This document shows positions 1 to 10,935 of a stretch of 55,976 nt of DNA, piece after piece (position 1 is the stretch's first letter; every line of letters starts with the position of its first letter). The position numbers and the translations under genes are program-made. This stretch comes from Prorocentrum cordatum (Eukaryota): assembly GCA_963575745.1 (NCBI GenBank), contig CAUYUJ010000120.1, positions 62,001-117,976 on the forward strand, given 5' to 3'. The notes under the pieces are model-generated. The model did no database searches, was not told the DNA's origin, and saw only the letters and a list, made by a program, of their open reading frames with translations.

Positions 1-2050
1 CCATGCCCTCGACAACTAACGACCCCGTAGTGCAAACCAATGGTGCAAGTAACGCATACTGAAGATAGACAAGAATATTGGCATGGCACATAGCTCTCTT
101 AGCGTTTTGAAGGCTGCAGTGGTCAAACGCTTGTTTGATATCGGCATTCGCAATATGGACCGTTTGATCCTTTCCCCAGACGTCCCCATGTTCAGCAAGA
201 GCCTTGAGGGCCCCCACAATTTCCACAGTCTTACGTCCCTCCTGGAAGCCGTAGATGCCCAGAGGTCCCATGAGCCCAGCCCGAGAGACAAATTGTTCGA
301 CCAAGATCACCACACAAGCATAGTACCAACGGCTGAGACTGTTTTGCAGACAGAGGTACCGTGCATCTGTCAATGATGTCAAGCTCGGCAGCTTGGGCAT
401 GAAGGCGATCAAAATCTGCCTCCAGTCCTGCGGAAACTGCCGTGTCAATCGAACTATCCCATCAAACATCCGAGCTACACTGCGCAAAGTCGCCCACGGC
501 AACACCTTGAGTAGTTCGCAAGGCAGCCTGTCGGGACCTGTGGCGCGCGTGGACTTGAGACGTGACCGTGCCTGGCACACCGCCGCCATTGTCAGTCCTT
601 CTGTGCAGTACCCATCACATAGGTTCTGTTGTGCATCCTTCCTCAACTCCTCCAACATCTCCACATCCCGTCCTCTGACCTCCTCCGAAGTAGATCTCTG
701 TCCGGTGTACGCTCTGATCTCCTCCGCCCACTCCTCCGTGTCCTCTGATATCCGTCCCTGCACAATAAGATGCTTGATGCTGTGACGTACTTTGCGCCTG
801 CAAGCTGGGGAGGACCACGCGGCCAACGCCGCGCGATATTCCCTCCGGTGTCTGTTGGCACGTCTGCGCAAAGTGGGTACGTCCACTGACACAGGCAAAG
901 GCTTCTGTCGCAGAGTCTCCTGGCAAGCCGTGAGCTCAGCAGGTCTATCTGGCGGTAGTCCCCGTCCCGCGGTGGCAGTCGTGAATCGGATTTCCTCCTG
1001 CTCTGTGCAAGCCCGAATAGTAGTCGACACAAGGTCCCCAGGAGAACAAGTAGTGTTGGCATCTCCTAAGACCCGATCGATTTCCTTTCGTGCCATGTTG
1101 AGGTCTCCCCAATTCACAGTCTTATAACCCACCAGACTCTTTTCACGAGCTGCCGTCGGGATGCTACGTTTGACCAGCTCATCGCCTGGATCACTAAAAG
1201 TCCCCTGAAGCAGGCCGTGGTCACTAAGACGACTACGATTTGTCTTTCCCCCATTATACATAATCGTTCCAACCGTCAACTTATCAATCACCCACGTCCT
1301 GGGAACAGAAATGTAGTCAAGAACCTTCTTACACGTCCCCCACCGAGATGTTTCGTAACTCTCCCATGTATGTAGTCGTCGTGGCAAGAAAAAATTGGCA
1401 GCCTTCATCCCCAGGCGCCCTAAAAAGCAAAGAACACGCTCGCGAAGTTGCTGTCGTACATCCCTCCTCTCCCGTTGTGCACCTCCCTCCTCGCAGGTCC
1501 TCCTCTCCTCCTTGGTAGCGCATCCCACCGCCTCATAGACTGTCCCAGTGCGTGAGCACTGCAGCTGGGTGGATGGAGGCAGCTCGACGTTGGCATCGAG
1601 CAGCACAGATACCGTCGCCCCTTTCCAGCGGCTGCGCAGAGTGAAAATGACTGACTCGAGTGTGTCCAAAACCCCACACTGCACATCTACAGCGTTCTCG
1701 ACGCCGGGGTCGGGAAGATACGCAGAGGCAACAATCACAGGAGCACTCCCACTACCGCAGACCACCACGCAGAACCGTTCGTACTGACACAGTGATTCAC
1801 GCACACATGTACTCCACTCTTTGTTACATAGTAACCCACACTTACCGTCACAACTCACGCGATATGATAGACCACGCCGTCTGATATATGCATCGAATTT
1901 GCCTCCGAAAAGATTCTGGCATTCCTGAACACCCCAGATGCTATCTCGCATATAGAGAGGCTCCTCAGGATCTCATTCCCCTTGAAATTAGCCGACCCCG
2001 CCCGATTGAGGTCCCAGCTGCCCAATCGGATCCCCTTGAACGGTGTACGG
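1..2050 (-). pseudogene. LINE ORF2 (AP endonuclease + reverse transcriptase), frameshifted
   Basis: Manual translation gives EN motifs IRLGSWDLN (~2005-2031), WGVQEC (~1919-1936), SAYLP (~1713-1727), LLDANVE (~1583-1603), HTW..VLDYI (~1310-1375) and SDH (1217-1225). RT motifs: ATGPDRLPCELLK (~505-545), W..ILIAFMPK, YGF (245-253), ADIKQAFD (122-145). Confidence 0.9.
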
Positions 2051-2061
2051 CGTCGTCGTCG

Positions 2062-3525
2062 TCACATCCTCCTGTTGACTTCCGTCTCGATATCAGCCTT
2101 CGTCTTAGTAAACGCAGGTATGAGCTGATGCAATCTGTCAACACTCTCACTCGATACCTCCCATGTCGCCCGTGTCGTGGTAAGCTCGGCCAGCAGCATA
2201 GGTCTCTGAGCAGCCGTAGTGGGTACCGTCCATATAGTAGATTTGGGCGGTCCCATTTCACCTCGCACAGCGATGGCCTCGATGCCAATCTGTGTGCACA
2301 TGCTCCGAAGCGTGCCGCAGAAGCGCCCGACTGTCTTGACATGGTCCCTCTTCCACGCAGGGCACTCGACACTGACTTTGAGCAGCTCAGGATTGATTTT
2401 CTGCTTCATATTCTCGATGAGGCACTGTGATGCTGCGATCTGGGTTCCTGGAGGAGGCGCGGGGCGTTTGGCGGGGGGTACCGTCACAAGGTCGATGCAT
2501 CGTTTAGCCCTCCATATGATATCCCTGTCCGTCCCTGGCTTGAATTTGATGTTGGCAGATCCGAACATGTAACGACCAGCATTGATCCGCTCTGTACCGT
2601 CAACACACATGCACACGATCATCCTCCGAAAGACAGTGGTTATTAATATTATCGATGAGCACCTTCACATCCTCCCACATGAGCATCTCCTGAGACCTAC
2701 GATGCCTGTCATTCCAGTCGGTGACCCATCCCTTGAGTTCGACATAGGAGGGAGAGAAGTAGGTAGCTCCAGAAGCCTGGTATGTGCCCGTCCTGGTATT
2801 ATCAGGCCTCGTCGAAGCGTCACTGGCCACAGAACCGCTCGAACCTGTCCCTGGAGTCCCTGGACAATCGTCTCAAGTTGGTTTTGTTTAGTCTCCAAGC
2901 TGGAAGTCGCGACACCCTGCTTCTGGACCTGGGCCTGAACGTTGTCGATTTTGGTTCCCTGAACTCCTATGGCATCCTGGATCCTTTCAGTGTTGTCATC
3001 CATTTTGTGCATCATCTGCAATAGTAAACTCTGCATGTCATCCTTCCACTCCAAGGCGGCCTCTCTCTCAGCCAGCACTTCCTCACGATTACACTTCACA
3101 GGGGGGGCACCACCATCCACCGACATGTTATCAGCATGCTCTGGCATTGCGTCGAGACACTGAGGACCGTATCCCCACGAGTGCAACCACTGTCGAGTCA
3201 CCGTACGTTCACTAAGAGGTACTGCAGGTTCACTGTCTGGAGTGGAGTCGGCAGTATGCAATGTCCCGTCCAATGGAAAGTCACCTGAAATCTTCTCAAT
3301 ATCCTCAAACTGTCTTTTCCGAGACGCCCTTTCGACAGCAGAGTCTGGCTTCTGTCCGTAATCCTGTGAGTACTGCAAATATGGTACTGTCGGGGAAATA
3401 TCCTCCAGTTGGAATCTTCTCGCAAGAACTGAAAAGTCGTATCCGTCCGTCTTCGCACACAAGCAATACGAGAAAACAAGCACAGCAAACAAAGCAGGCG
3501 GCCTAGCTGACCTCGCAGATGCCAT
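2062..3525 (-). pseudogene. LINE ORF1 (coiled coil + globular C-terminal region), split into three frames
   Basis: Overlapping ORFs 2665-3525, 2600-2830 and 2062-2622 read as one protein. Heptad-like coiled coil MQSLLLQMMHKMDDNTERIQ...LETIVQGLQ. It lies directly upstream of the EN-RT ORF. Confidence 0.75.
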
Positions 3526-3606
3526 ACTCGCTGATGGCAGCGATGGCTGCCGCGCCGTCTCCCCGCGGCGCCGACACCCCCTGAGCTCCTGTGGGATCCA
3601 GGAACC

Positions 3607-3642
3607 CTAGAGCCGAGATGTCTTGAGCCAAGATGGCTACGG
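3607..3642 (-). other. Tandem DinoSL relics at the LINE 5' end
   Basis: Reverse complement of 3622-3642 is CCGTAGCCATCTTGGCTCAAG (20/21 to DinoSL). It is followed directly by ACATCTCGGCTCTAG (3607-3621; 11/15 to CCATTTTGGCTCAAG). Confidence 0.9.
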
Positions 3643-4379
3643 GACCCTCGTAGAGCTTTCAAATGCGAGAGCTCGCAGACGATTTTATTTCGGAGTTGAT
3701 CTGCAATGTGTACGTACGATGGCGAGCGGGAAGAAGATCGAATATGAGGAGACACTTATTAGAGGTCTAGCGAGTTCTTGAATTTCGAGACATTGAGTTT
3801 AAACCGAGCAAACTTATGCAACACTTCCGTCGTTTTTGTTTTTTTTTTTTTTGTTTGTTTTTTTTGTTTTTTCTTCTTCTTCTTCTTCTTCTTCTTCTTT
3901 CTTATTCCTTCTTCTGCTTTCTCGAAATACCGATTCTCAAAACGAATTGTCAAATCTCACACAATGTTTACCCAACCGACCCAAAGTTCCCGCATTGTCC
4001 GCCCGGGCCGGGTGGTCGAACTAGCTCCACCCCGCGCCGGAATTCCTCTAGCTCATCGATGCCGACGAGCTCTACGAGGTACTGGCCCCCCAGCGCGCCG
4101 GAATTACTCTCTAGCTTCGCCGCTTCGCTCTTAGGGGAGCTCTACGAGTCACTGTGATCCCGCCGTATCTCAGCAGTCGTACCTCCTTCACGGGCAATAT
4201 GTGTCTCTGTATCCGCCCCCCCCGTTCCCCTCCCGATGCGCCCACTTCCAAGCATCCCTTCGTAATTCGGGACTCAAGGTATTGATCTGTTTGCTCATAT
4301 CATAAAGGCAGTTCTGTATGCTTTTGATGATGCGCTATATAGATATATATGTGTATGTATATATATATATATATATATA

Positions 4380-4560
4380 TCATTGTGGCAGCGGTATTTT
4401 CCATTCAGCTGACTGGCTACAATCTGGCTCCCACTTCTCATCTCCAAGCAGATGCCATCGGGGTTGAGTCGCCAGCGAGTCTCGTCTTCCTTCAGAGCGG
4501 CCAATCTACTTGCTGATCTATCCAGACCCTTCTGCAGCTGGTCTTCCGTCATCTCCTCTC
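4380..4560 (-). pseudogene. Degenerate RNase H fragment, probably retroelement-derived
   Basis: CLEMRSGSQIVASQLNGKYRCHN resembles the RNase HI motif v.i.sDSqlVv.QlnG.yrc, with the catalytic D read as G. Confidence 0.5.
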
Positions 4561-5084
4561 CCCGACCGCCCAGATATACCTTCCCGAAGTCGGATCACGC
4601 ATGAGACAATACTCCAAGACATAGACTAACTGGAGCTCTCTCAAAGTACGCCACCGTACTCCGTAAGGAATCTTTCCAAGCAATTTCTGTCCAGATCATA
4701 TCCTGAGTCCACAGGGGCCCCTTGGTGAGTTCGAGGAGTGACCTTCACGGCGTCAGCCCCTATAGTAGTTTCCCCACAGCGGGCCCTCGCAATAGCCCTG
4801 GCCTTCTGGGAACCGACGGATTTGCATAATACATCTCTTTGCTCCGTCCGAGCACCAGACGCATGCAACATGCAAAAGCAGCTCTGCATAGAAGCAGTCG
4901 GCCAGCCCCGACGACCCCGGCAACGCGCGCGTTTGGGAGCAGGCAGCACTCAGGGTTCAGGGGGTCAGATAGGCCCACAGCACGTCTCCTCATCCTGGTA
5001 GTCTCACGACGTCGGCTACACCGAGTCGCCCCAGGGCAGCCAGGATGAAGAGGATGTACTGGTAGCGGTGTGCCACGCGAGATA

Positions 5085-6637
5085 TGACTCGTAGAGCTTC
5101 GCTAAGGGCGAAGCGGCGAAGCTAGAGAGTAATTCTGGCGCGCTGGGCGGCCAGTACCTCGTAGAGCTCGTCGGCATCGATTTGTCGATGATTCAAACAG
5201 TTCGACGCAAGTTTTGCATGATTAAATTCGATTTTTCGGAATTCAACCATTTATTAGAGCTCTCGTATTTTTCATATTCGATCTTATTCCCGCTCGCCAT
5301 CTTAATCTCAGGTCGATCCGGTACATATTATTGTCAACAAGCATATGGGCGGGATTGGCTGTTTAGTGTCATCTTGACAGGTGCAGTCTGTTTTCTGAAC
5401 TGAACTCGAGCTGCAGGTGAGCTACAGAGCTGTTCGGCACAGCAATCGAAAGATAATCATCAGAAGCGCTAGTCTCAAGTATCTAGATGCCCGAACTCGG
5501 TCTGCTACCACAGCTGGGACCGAACAACTATTCGTACCTTTTTTTTTCCCCTTATCGAGAGATGAGGATGAGTTAATCGATGTAACTCAAGCTGCAGATG
5601 AGCTACAGAGCTGTTTGGCACAGCAATCGAGAGAAAATCACCCGGAGCGCTAGTCTCAAGTATCTAGATGCCCGAACTCGGTCTGCTACCAGGGCTGGGT
5701 TCGAACAACTTTTCATGCTCTTGTATTTTGTGGAGATGATGCTGAGGTTCTTGATGTAACTCGAGCTGCAGATGAGCCAAAGAGCTGTTTGGCACAGGAA
5801 CCGAAAAGCAATCATCAGAAGCGGTAGTCTGAAGTATCTAGATGCACCAACACGGTCTGCTACTAGAGCTGGGCCCGAAAACTATTTGTGCTCGGCTAAT
5901 TTTTCAGAGATGATGAGTTTCTCGAGATAGCTCGAGCTGCGGATGAGCTACAGGGCTGCTTGGCACAGCAACCGTAAGAAACTCATCATGAGCGCTAGTC
6001 CTGAGTATCTCGATGCCCAAACTCGGTCTGCTTTCAGAGTTGGAACCAAAAACGCTATTCGTACTCTACTTCTAATTTTTGCAGAGATGACGATGCCTTC
6101 CTTGATGTAGCTCGAGCTGCAGATGATGTTAGAGCTGTTCAGCACAGCAACTGGACGAATGTCATCAGGAGCGCGAGTTACAAGTATCGGCATGTTCGAA
6201 ATCGGTCTGCATCCAGAGCTGGAACCAAAATACTATTCGTACTCCTGTTCCTCCTCCTCTTCCTTCTCCTCCTCCTCCTTCATCTGCTCCTCCTCCTCTT
6301 TCTCCTCCTGTTCCTTCTCTTTCTCCTTCTTTCTCCTCATCTTCCTCCTTCATCATCGTCGTCGTCCTTCTTCTCCCCCTCCGCCCTCCCCGCTGCTTGT
6401 CATCCTCCTCTTCCTGCTGCCCCTCCTTTTCCTCCGCCCCTTCTCCTCCTCCTTCTTCCTTGGCCTCCTCCATCTCCTTCTCCTCCTCGCTCCTTCGTCT
6501 CCTCCGCGTCCTCCTCCATGAGGCCGCGCCCTCGCGCGCGCATAAGGCGAGATTGCCTCGCCCGCGTTCCATTCGTGTAGGTGGAGGAAGTTCTACGAGT
6601 TCCCGGCGGTAACCAAGGTTTACGGTTTACCGCCGGC
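5085..6637 (+). mobile_element. Apparently complete family A element
   Basis: 5' subTIR ACTCGTAGAGCTTC at 5087-5100 overlaps hairpin GCTTCGC-TAAGG-GCGAAGC (5096-5114). The 3' subTIR GAAGTTCTACGAGT at 6587-6600 (13/14) is followed by a 10-bp-stem hairpin at 6603-6636. Confidence 0.75.
5400..6243 (+). repeat. Tandem array of about five 171-181-bp units
   Basis: Anchor TAGTCTCAAGTATCTAGATG and its variants recur at 5470, 5651, 5825, 5996 and ~6175. Confidence 0.9.
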
Positions 6638-6639
6638 TA

Positions 6640-7070
6640 CCTGTCTATGTTCCTCAGCTCAGGGTCCGTCGAGATCCCCGAGCCCGTCACCTCAGTCCGC
6701 TCGTCAACATCACACGCTGTGCATGCAATCTGTTTTGCAAAACATCACTGCTCATATAACGTAAGTTGCGCAAGTGACGGGCGGCAGGAGCTGAGCAGTA
6801 GCGAACGTGCATGTCGAAATCGGGCTCTCCAATCTTCGGCCCAGTCCTCCGCAGGCCGCTTCCGTCGACAACGCATTGCCGGTAGAAATCCCCCCTTCCT
6901 CCGCATGTGTCATCAGCGACGCGTGTGCATCACGTGTTGCGCCCTCGATGCCGCACAACAAGCGACTGCGTGTGTTGCTATCATATTTCTGCAACTTCTT
7001 CGTTAACGAAATGGGTGACCTCGCATAGCAGGATCTGCCCATCCAAAAACTTTTCTTTGCCTCAGCCAAT
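6640..7070 (-). pseudogene. LINE ORF2 post-RT C-terminal fragment
   Basis: AKKSFWMGRSCYARSPISLTKKLQKYDSNTRSRLLCGIEG fits the RTE-like post-RT pattern A..aF......isl..Kl..y.s.V.s.LLyG.E. Confidence 0.6.
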
Positions 7071-7199
7071 CATGCAGGCGCGGAAATCTTGCATTCCGCG
7101 CGAGTGAGGCTGCTATTTCATGGAGGAGGACGTGGAGGAGAAGAATGAGTGAGGAGGAGGAGGAGGGGCTCGAATAACATAGAGAACTACGATGATCTC

Positions 7200-8170
7200 T
7201 TAAAAAGTTAGCAGAGTAGAAGTAGTTGTCAGGTTCCAGCTCTGGTGACAGACCGAGTTGATGCATCTAGATGCGTAATATTTTAGCGTTCCTGATGATT
7301 TCATGTCGATTGCTGTGCCGAACAGCTCTGTAGCTCATCTGCAGCTCGAGTTAAGTAGAGAAAATCATCATTAGCTCTTTACAAAGAATTGCAGAGTGCG
7401 GGTAGTTTTATGGTCAGAGCTCTGGTAGCTGACCCAGTTCGGGCATCTAGATACTTGAGAGTAGCGCTTCTGACGATTCCCTTTTGATTGCTGTACCGAA
7501 CAGCTCTGTTGCTAATCTGCGGCTCGAGTTAAGTTAAGCAAGTGATAATCATCTCTTTGTAACCGGCAGAACGCGAATAGTTTTTTGGCCTCGGCTCTGG
7601 TAGTAGACCGATTTGAGTTAAGAGAACTAGTTTTTATGTATGTGTATATATATATATATAGATATATAGAAAGCACAAGCAAAGAGTACGAATAGTTGTT
7701 TGGTGCCAGCTCTGGTAGCAGCCCGAGTTCGGGCATCTAGATACTTAAGACTAGCGCTCCTGATGATTCCCTTTCGATTGTTGGGCCGAGCCGTTCTGTA
7801 GATCTCGAGTTAAATAAAACAAATCAGCATCATCTCTTTAACCAATAGCCGAGTGCGAACAGCTTTTTGGTCCCAGCTCTGGTAGCATACCGAGTTCGGG
7901 CATCTAGATGCTTGAGACTAGCGCTCCTGGTCATTCCTGTTCGATTCCTGTACGAAACATCTCTGTAGCTCATCTGCAGCTCGAGTTAAATAGAGAAGAG
8001 CAGCATCATCTCTTTGAAAAATTAGCAGAGCACGAATAGTTTGTTGGGCCCAGCTCTGGAAGCGGACCGAGATCGGGCATCTAGATGCTTGAAACTAGCG
8101 CTCCTTGTCATTCCCTTTCGATTGCAGCGCCGAACAGCTCTGTAGCTCATCTGCAGCTCGAGTTAAGTTA
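7200..8170 (-). repeat. ~175-bp tandem array, inverted relative to 5400-6243
   Basis: Recurring CCAGCTCTGGTAGCA..CCGAGTTCGGGCATCTAGATACTTGAGACTAGCGCT and GCTCATCTGCAGCTCGAGTTAA. Confidence 0.9.
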
Positions 8171-8949
8171 AGAAACTGACAGCATCTGCCAAGATAACTT
8201 TGAACAGCCGATCCGTCCGAGTGCTTTCTGACCGTAATACTGGTCCGATCGACCTGATATTGAAATGCCGAGCAGAAAAAAGATCGAAGATGGGTAGGGA
8301 AAATATTAGAGCCCCAGCAAATGGTTGAATTTCGAGAAAATAGTTTTAAATTTGGCCGAGCAACAACAAAACTGGGGGTCCGCGTTGGTTACCGCCGGGA
8401 ACTCGTAGAGCTTCCTTGCGATGTGCATGAATGGCGCGCGGGCGCGGCAATCTCGCGTTCCCCGCGCGCGAGGGCGCGGTTTCATGGAGGAGGGCGTGGA
8501 TGAGAAGAGCGATCGAGGAGGGGGGGGGGGTGAGGAGGAGGAGGAGGAGAAGGCTGAGGAGCAGAAGCAGGGGGGGGGGAAGGAGCAGGAGAAGGAGAAA
8601 GAGGGGGGGAAGGAGAAAGAGGATGAGGATCACGAGCAGGAGGAGGGGGAATGGTGGAGGGGAGTAAGGAGATGATGGTACTAATGATGATGATGAGGAG
8701 GAGGAGGACGAGGAGGAGAAAGAGAAGTAGGAGGAAGATCAATAAAAAAGAAGCAGATGGAGAGGGAAGAGGAGGAGGAGAGGGGGGGGGAGGGGGAGGG
8801 GAGGGACAAGGAGGGGAAGGATAATGAGGAGGAGGGGCGGAGGAGGAAGAAGGGAAGTTCCTGTTCAGCGGTCTGCTCCCAAGCTCACTAGCTTGCCTGT
8901 AACTCCAACTATGTGATATCCAACGCCGTCTTTCATAAACATAGATAAC

Positions 8950-9740
8950 TGCAAATAACTATTTGGCTGCAGTTTTGGTAGCAGACCGATATCAGTCGTC
9001 TAGACAGTGTCGTTTGATGTGCATCTCAGCTCCTTAGCTGGCCTAGATCACGAATGTAATCAGGAAGCGCGCATCATCTCTCGTGCAATATTTACATTGC
9101 GAATAGTTTTCCAGTTGCATCGGCTGTTGCAGGCCAAATCCGACGCCTCGATGCCGCAGGCGACTGTGCCTGGTGACCTGCTTCTCAAAGTGCTGTTCTG
9201 CTCGCAGCCTACAGCTCAGATTCAGTAGAGAAAACTATCATCAGCTCTTAATAAAATAGCAGAGTGCGAATAGTTTTTTGGTTCCAGCTGTGGTGGCAGA
9301 CTGAGTTGAGGCACCTAGATACTTGACTAGTGCTGCTGATGATGATGCCCTTTCGAGTGGTGTGCCGAACAGATCTGTGGCTCATCTGCAGCTCGAGTTA
9401 TCTAAAGAAAAGTCATTATCGCTTAGTGAATGAGCAGATCACGAATAGCTTTTTGGTTCCAGCTCTGGTAGAAGATCGAATTCGGGCATCTAGATACTCA
9501 ATGCTAGCGCTCCTGATCCTCTTCTTTCGATGAATGTGCCGAACACTGCTCGGGGGCTCGAGTTAAGGTAAGAAAATTATCAAGATCGTAAGGAACTTAG
9601 CAGAGTACGACTAGTTTTTGGTTCCAGCTCTAGTAGCATACCGAGTCCGGGCATCTAGATGCTTCAGACTAGCGCGACACATGATTTTCTTTCGATTGCT
9701 GTGCCGAACAGCTCTGTAGCTCGTCTGTAGCTCGACTTCA
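8950..9740 (-). repeat. ~175-bp tandem array (first units strongly diverged)
   Basis: Same unit motifs as the array at 7200-8170. Confidence 0.85.
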
Positions 9741-10279
9741 GTTGAGAAAACCGACAGCACCTGCCAAGATAACATTCAACGGCCGATCCCGCCCACGTGC
9801 TTTTTGATGGAAATATCTACCCGATCGACCTCAAATCAAGATGGCGAGCGGGAATAAGATCGAATATGGGTAGAAATTAAATTAGAGCTCTAACGACTTG
9901 TTGAATTTCGAGACAATGATTTTAAATGGGCCAATCAAAGGCAAAACTTCCAACTAGCCCGCCGGCGCGCCGGAATTACTCTCTGGCTTCGCCGCTCCTC
10001 TTAGGGAAGCACTACGCGTCGCATCCGTCGAGATTTTTCCCCGGCGCGCCAGAATTATTGGAAGCCGGCGGTAAACCGTCAACCTTGGTTACCGCTGGGA
10101 ACTCGTAGAGCTTCCTTGCGATGTGCATGAAGTGCATGCAGGCGGGGCAATCTCGAATTTCGCGCGCCGCGCGAGGTGCAGTTTCATGGAAGAGGACGTG
10201 GAGAAGAAGAGTGATTGAGGAGAAGAAAGAGCTCGAATGAAATAGAGAAAATGTTCTTTTCTTTGGCTAGAAAATCGGA

Positions 10280-10935
10280 AAAAGCAGAGTGCGAATACTT
10301 TTTGGTTCCAGCTCTAATAGAAGACCGATGTGAGGCATCTGAGTACTTGATATTAGCGCTCCGGGTGATGCTCTTTCGATTGCTGAGCCGGACAGCTCTG
10401 TAGCTCATCCGCAGCTCGATTTGAGTTAAGAGAACTAGTTTTTTATGTATGTGTATATATATAGATATATAGAAAGCACAAGCAAAGAGTACGAATAGTT
10501 GTTTGGTGCCAGCTCTGGTAGCAGCCCGAGTTCGGGCATCTAGATACTTGGGACTAGCGCTCTTGATGATTCCCATGCTATTTATCTGCCACCAAACAGC
10601 TCTGTAGCCCATCTGCAGCTCGAGTTAAGTAAGTTGATAAGCTCATCATCATCTCAAAGAATCAGCAGCGCACGACTAGGTTTTTTTTATGCCAGCTCTG
10701 GTAGCATACCGAGTTCGGGCATTGAGACTAGCGCATCTGAAGATTGTCTTGCGATTTCGGTGCCGAACAGCTCTGTCGCTCATCTGCAGCTCGAGTATGC
10801 ATAGTTTTTTTGGGCTCCAGCTCTGGTAACATACCGAGTTCGGACATCTAGATACTTAAGACTAGCGCTTCTGATGATGCCTTTTCGATTGATGTGCCGA
10901 ACAGCTCTGTAGCTGATCTGCAGCTCGAGTTAAGT
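10280..10935 (-). repeat. ~175-bp tandem array
   Basis: Same unit motifs as the array at 7200-8170. Confidence 0.9.

Larger units (their letters stand above)
1..3642 (-). mobile_element. Non-LTR retrotransposon (LINE) with ORF1 and APE-RT ORF2; decayed; 5' end intact, 3' part beyond the window edge
   Basis: Minus strand shows a DinoSL-bearing 5' end (3642), a ~95-nt UTR, a frameshifted ORF1, then ordered AP-endonuclease and RT motifs down to position 1. Confidence 0.9.

Noticed and set aside
393..785. Plus-strand ORFs over 1-3500
   Set aside because: Antisense shadows of the minus-strand LINE.
5400..10935. CRISPR-like array (conserved blocks with variable linkers)
   Set aside because: Units are ~175 bp, linkers are homologous to each other, there are no cas genes, and the context is eukaryotic.
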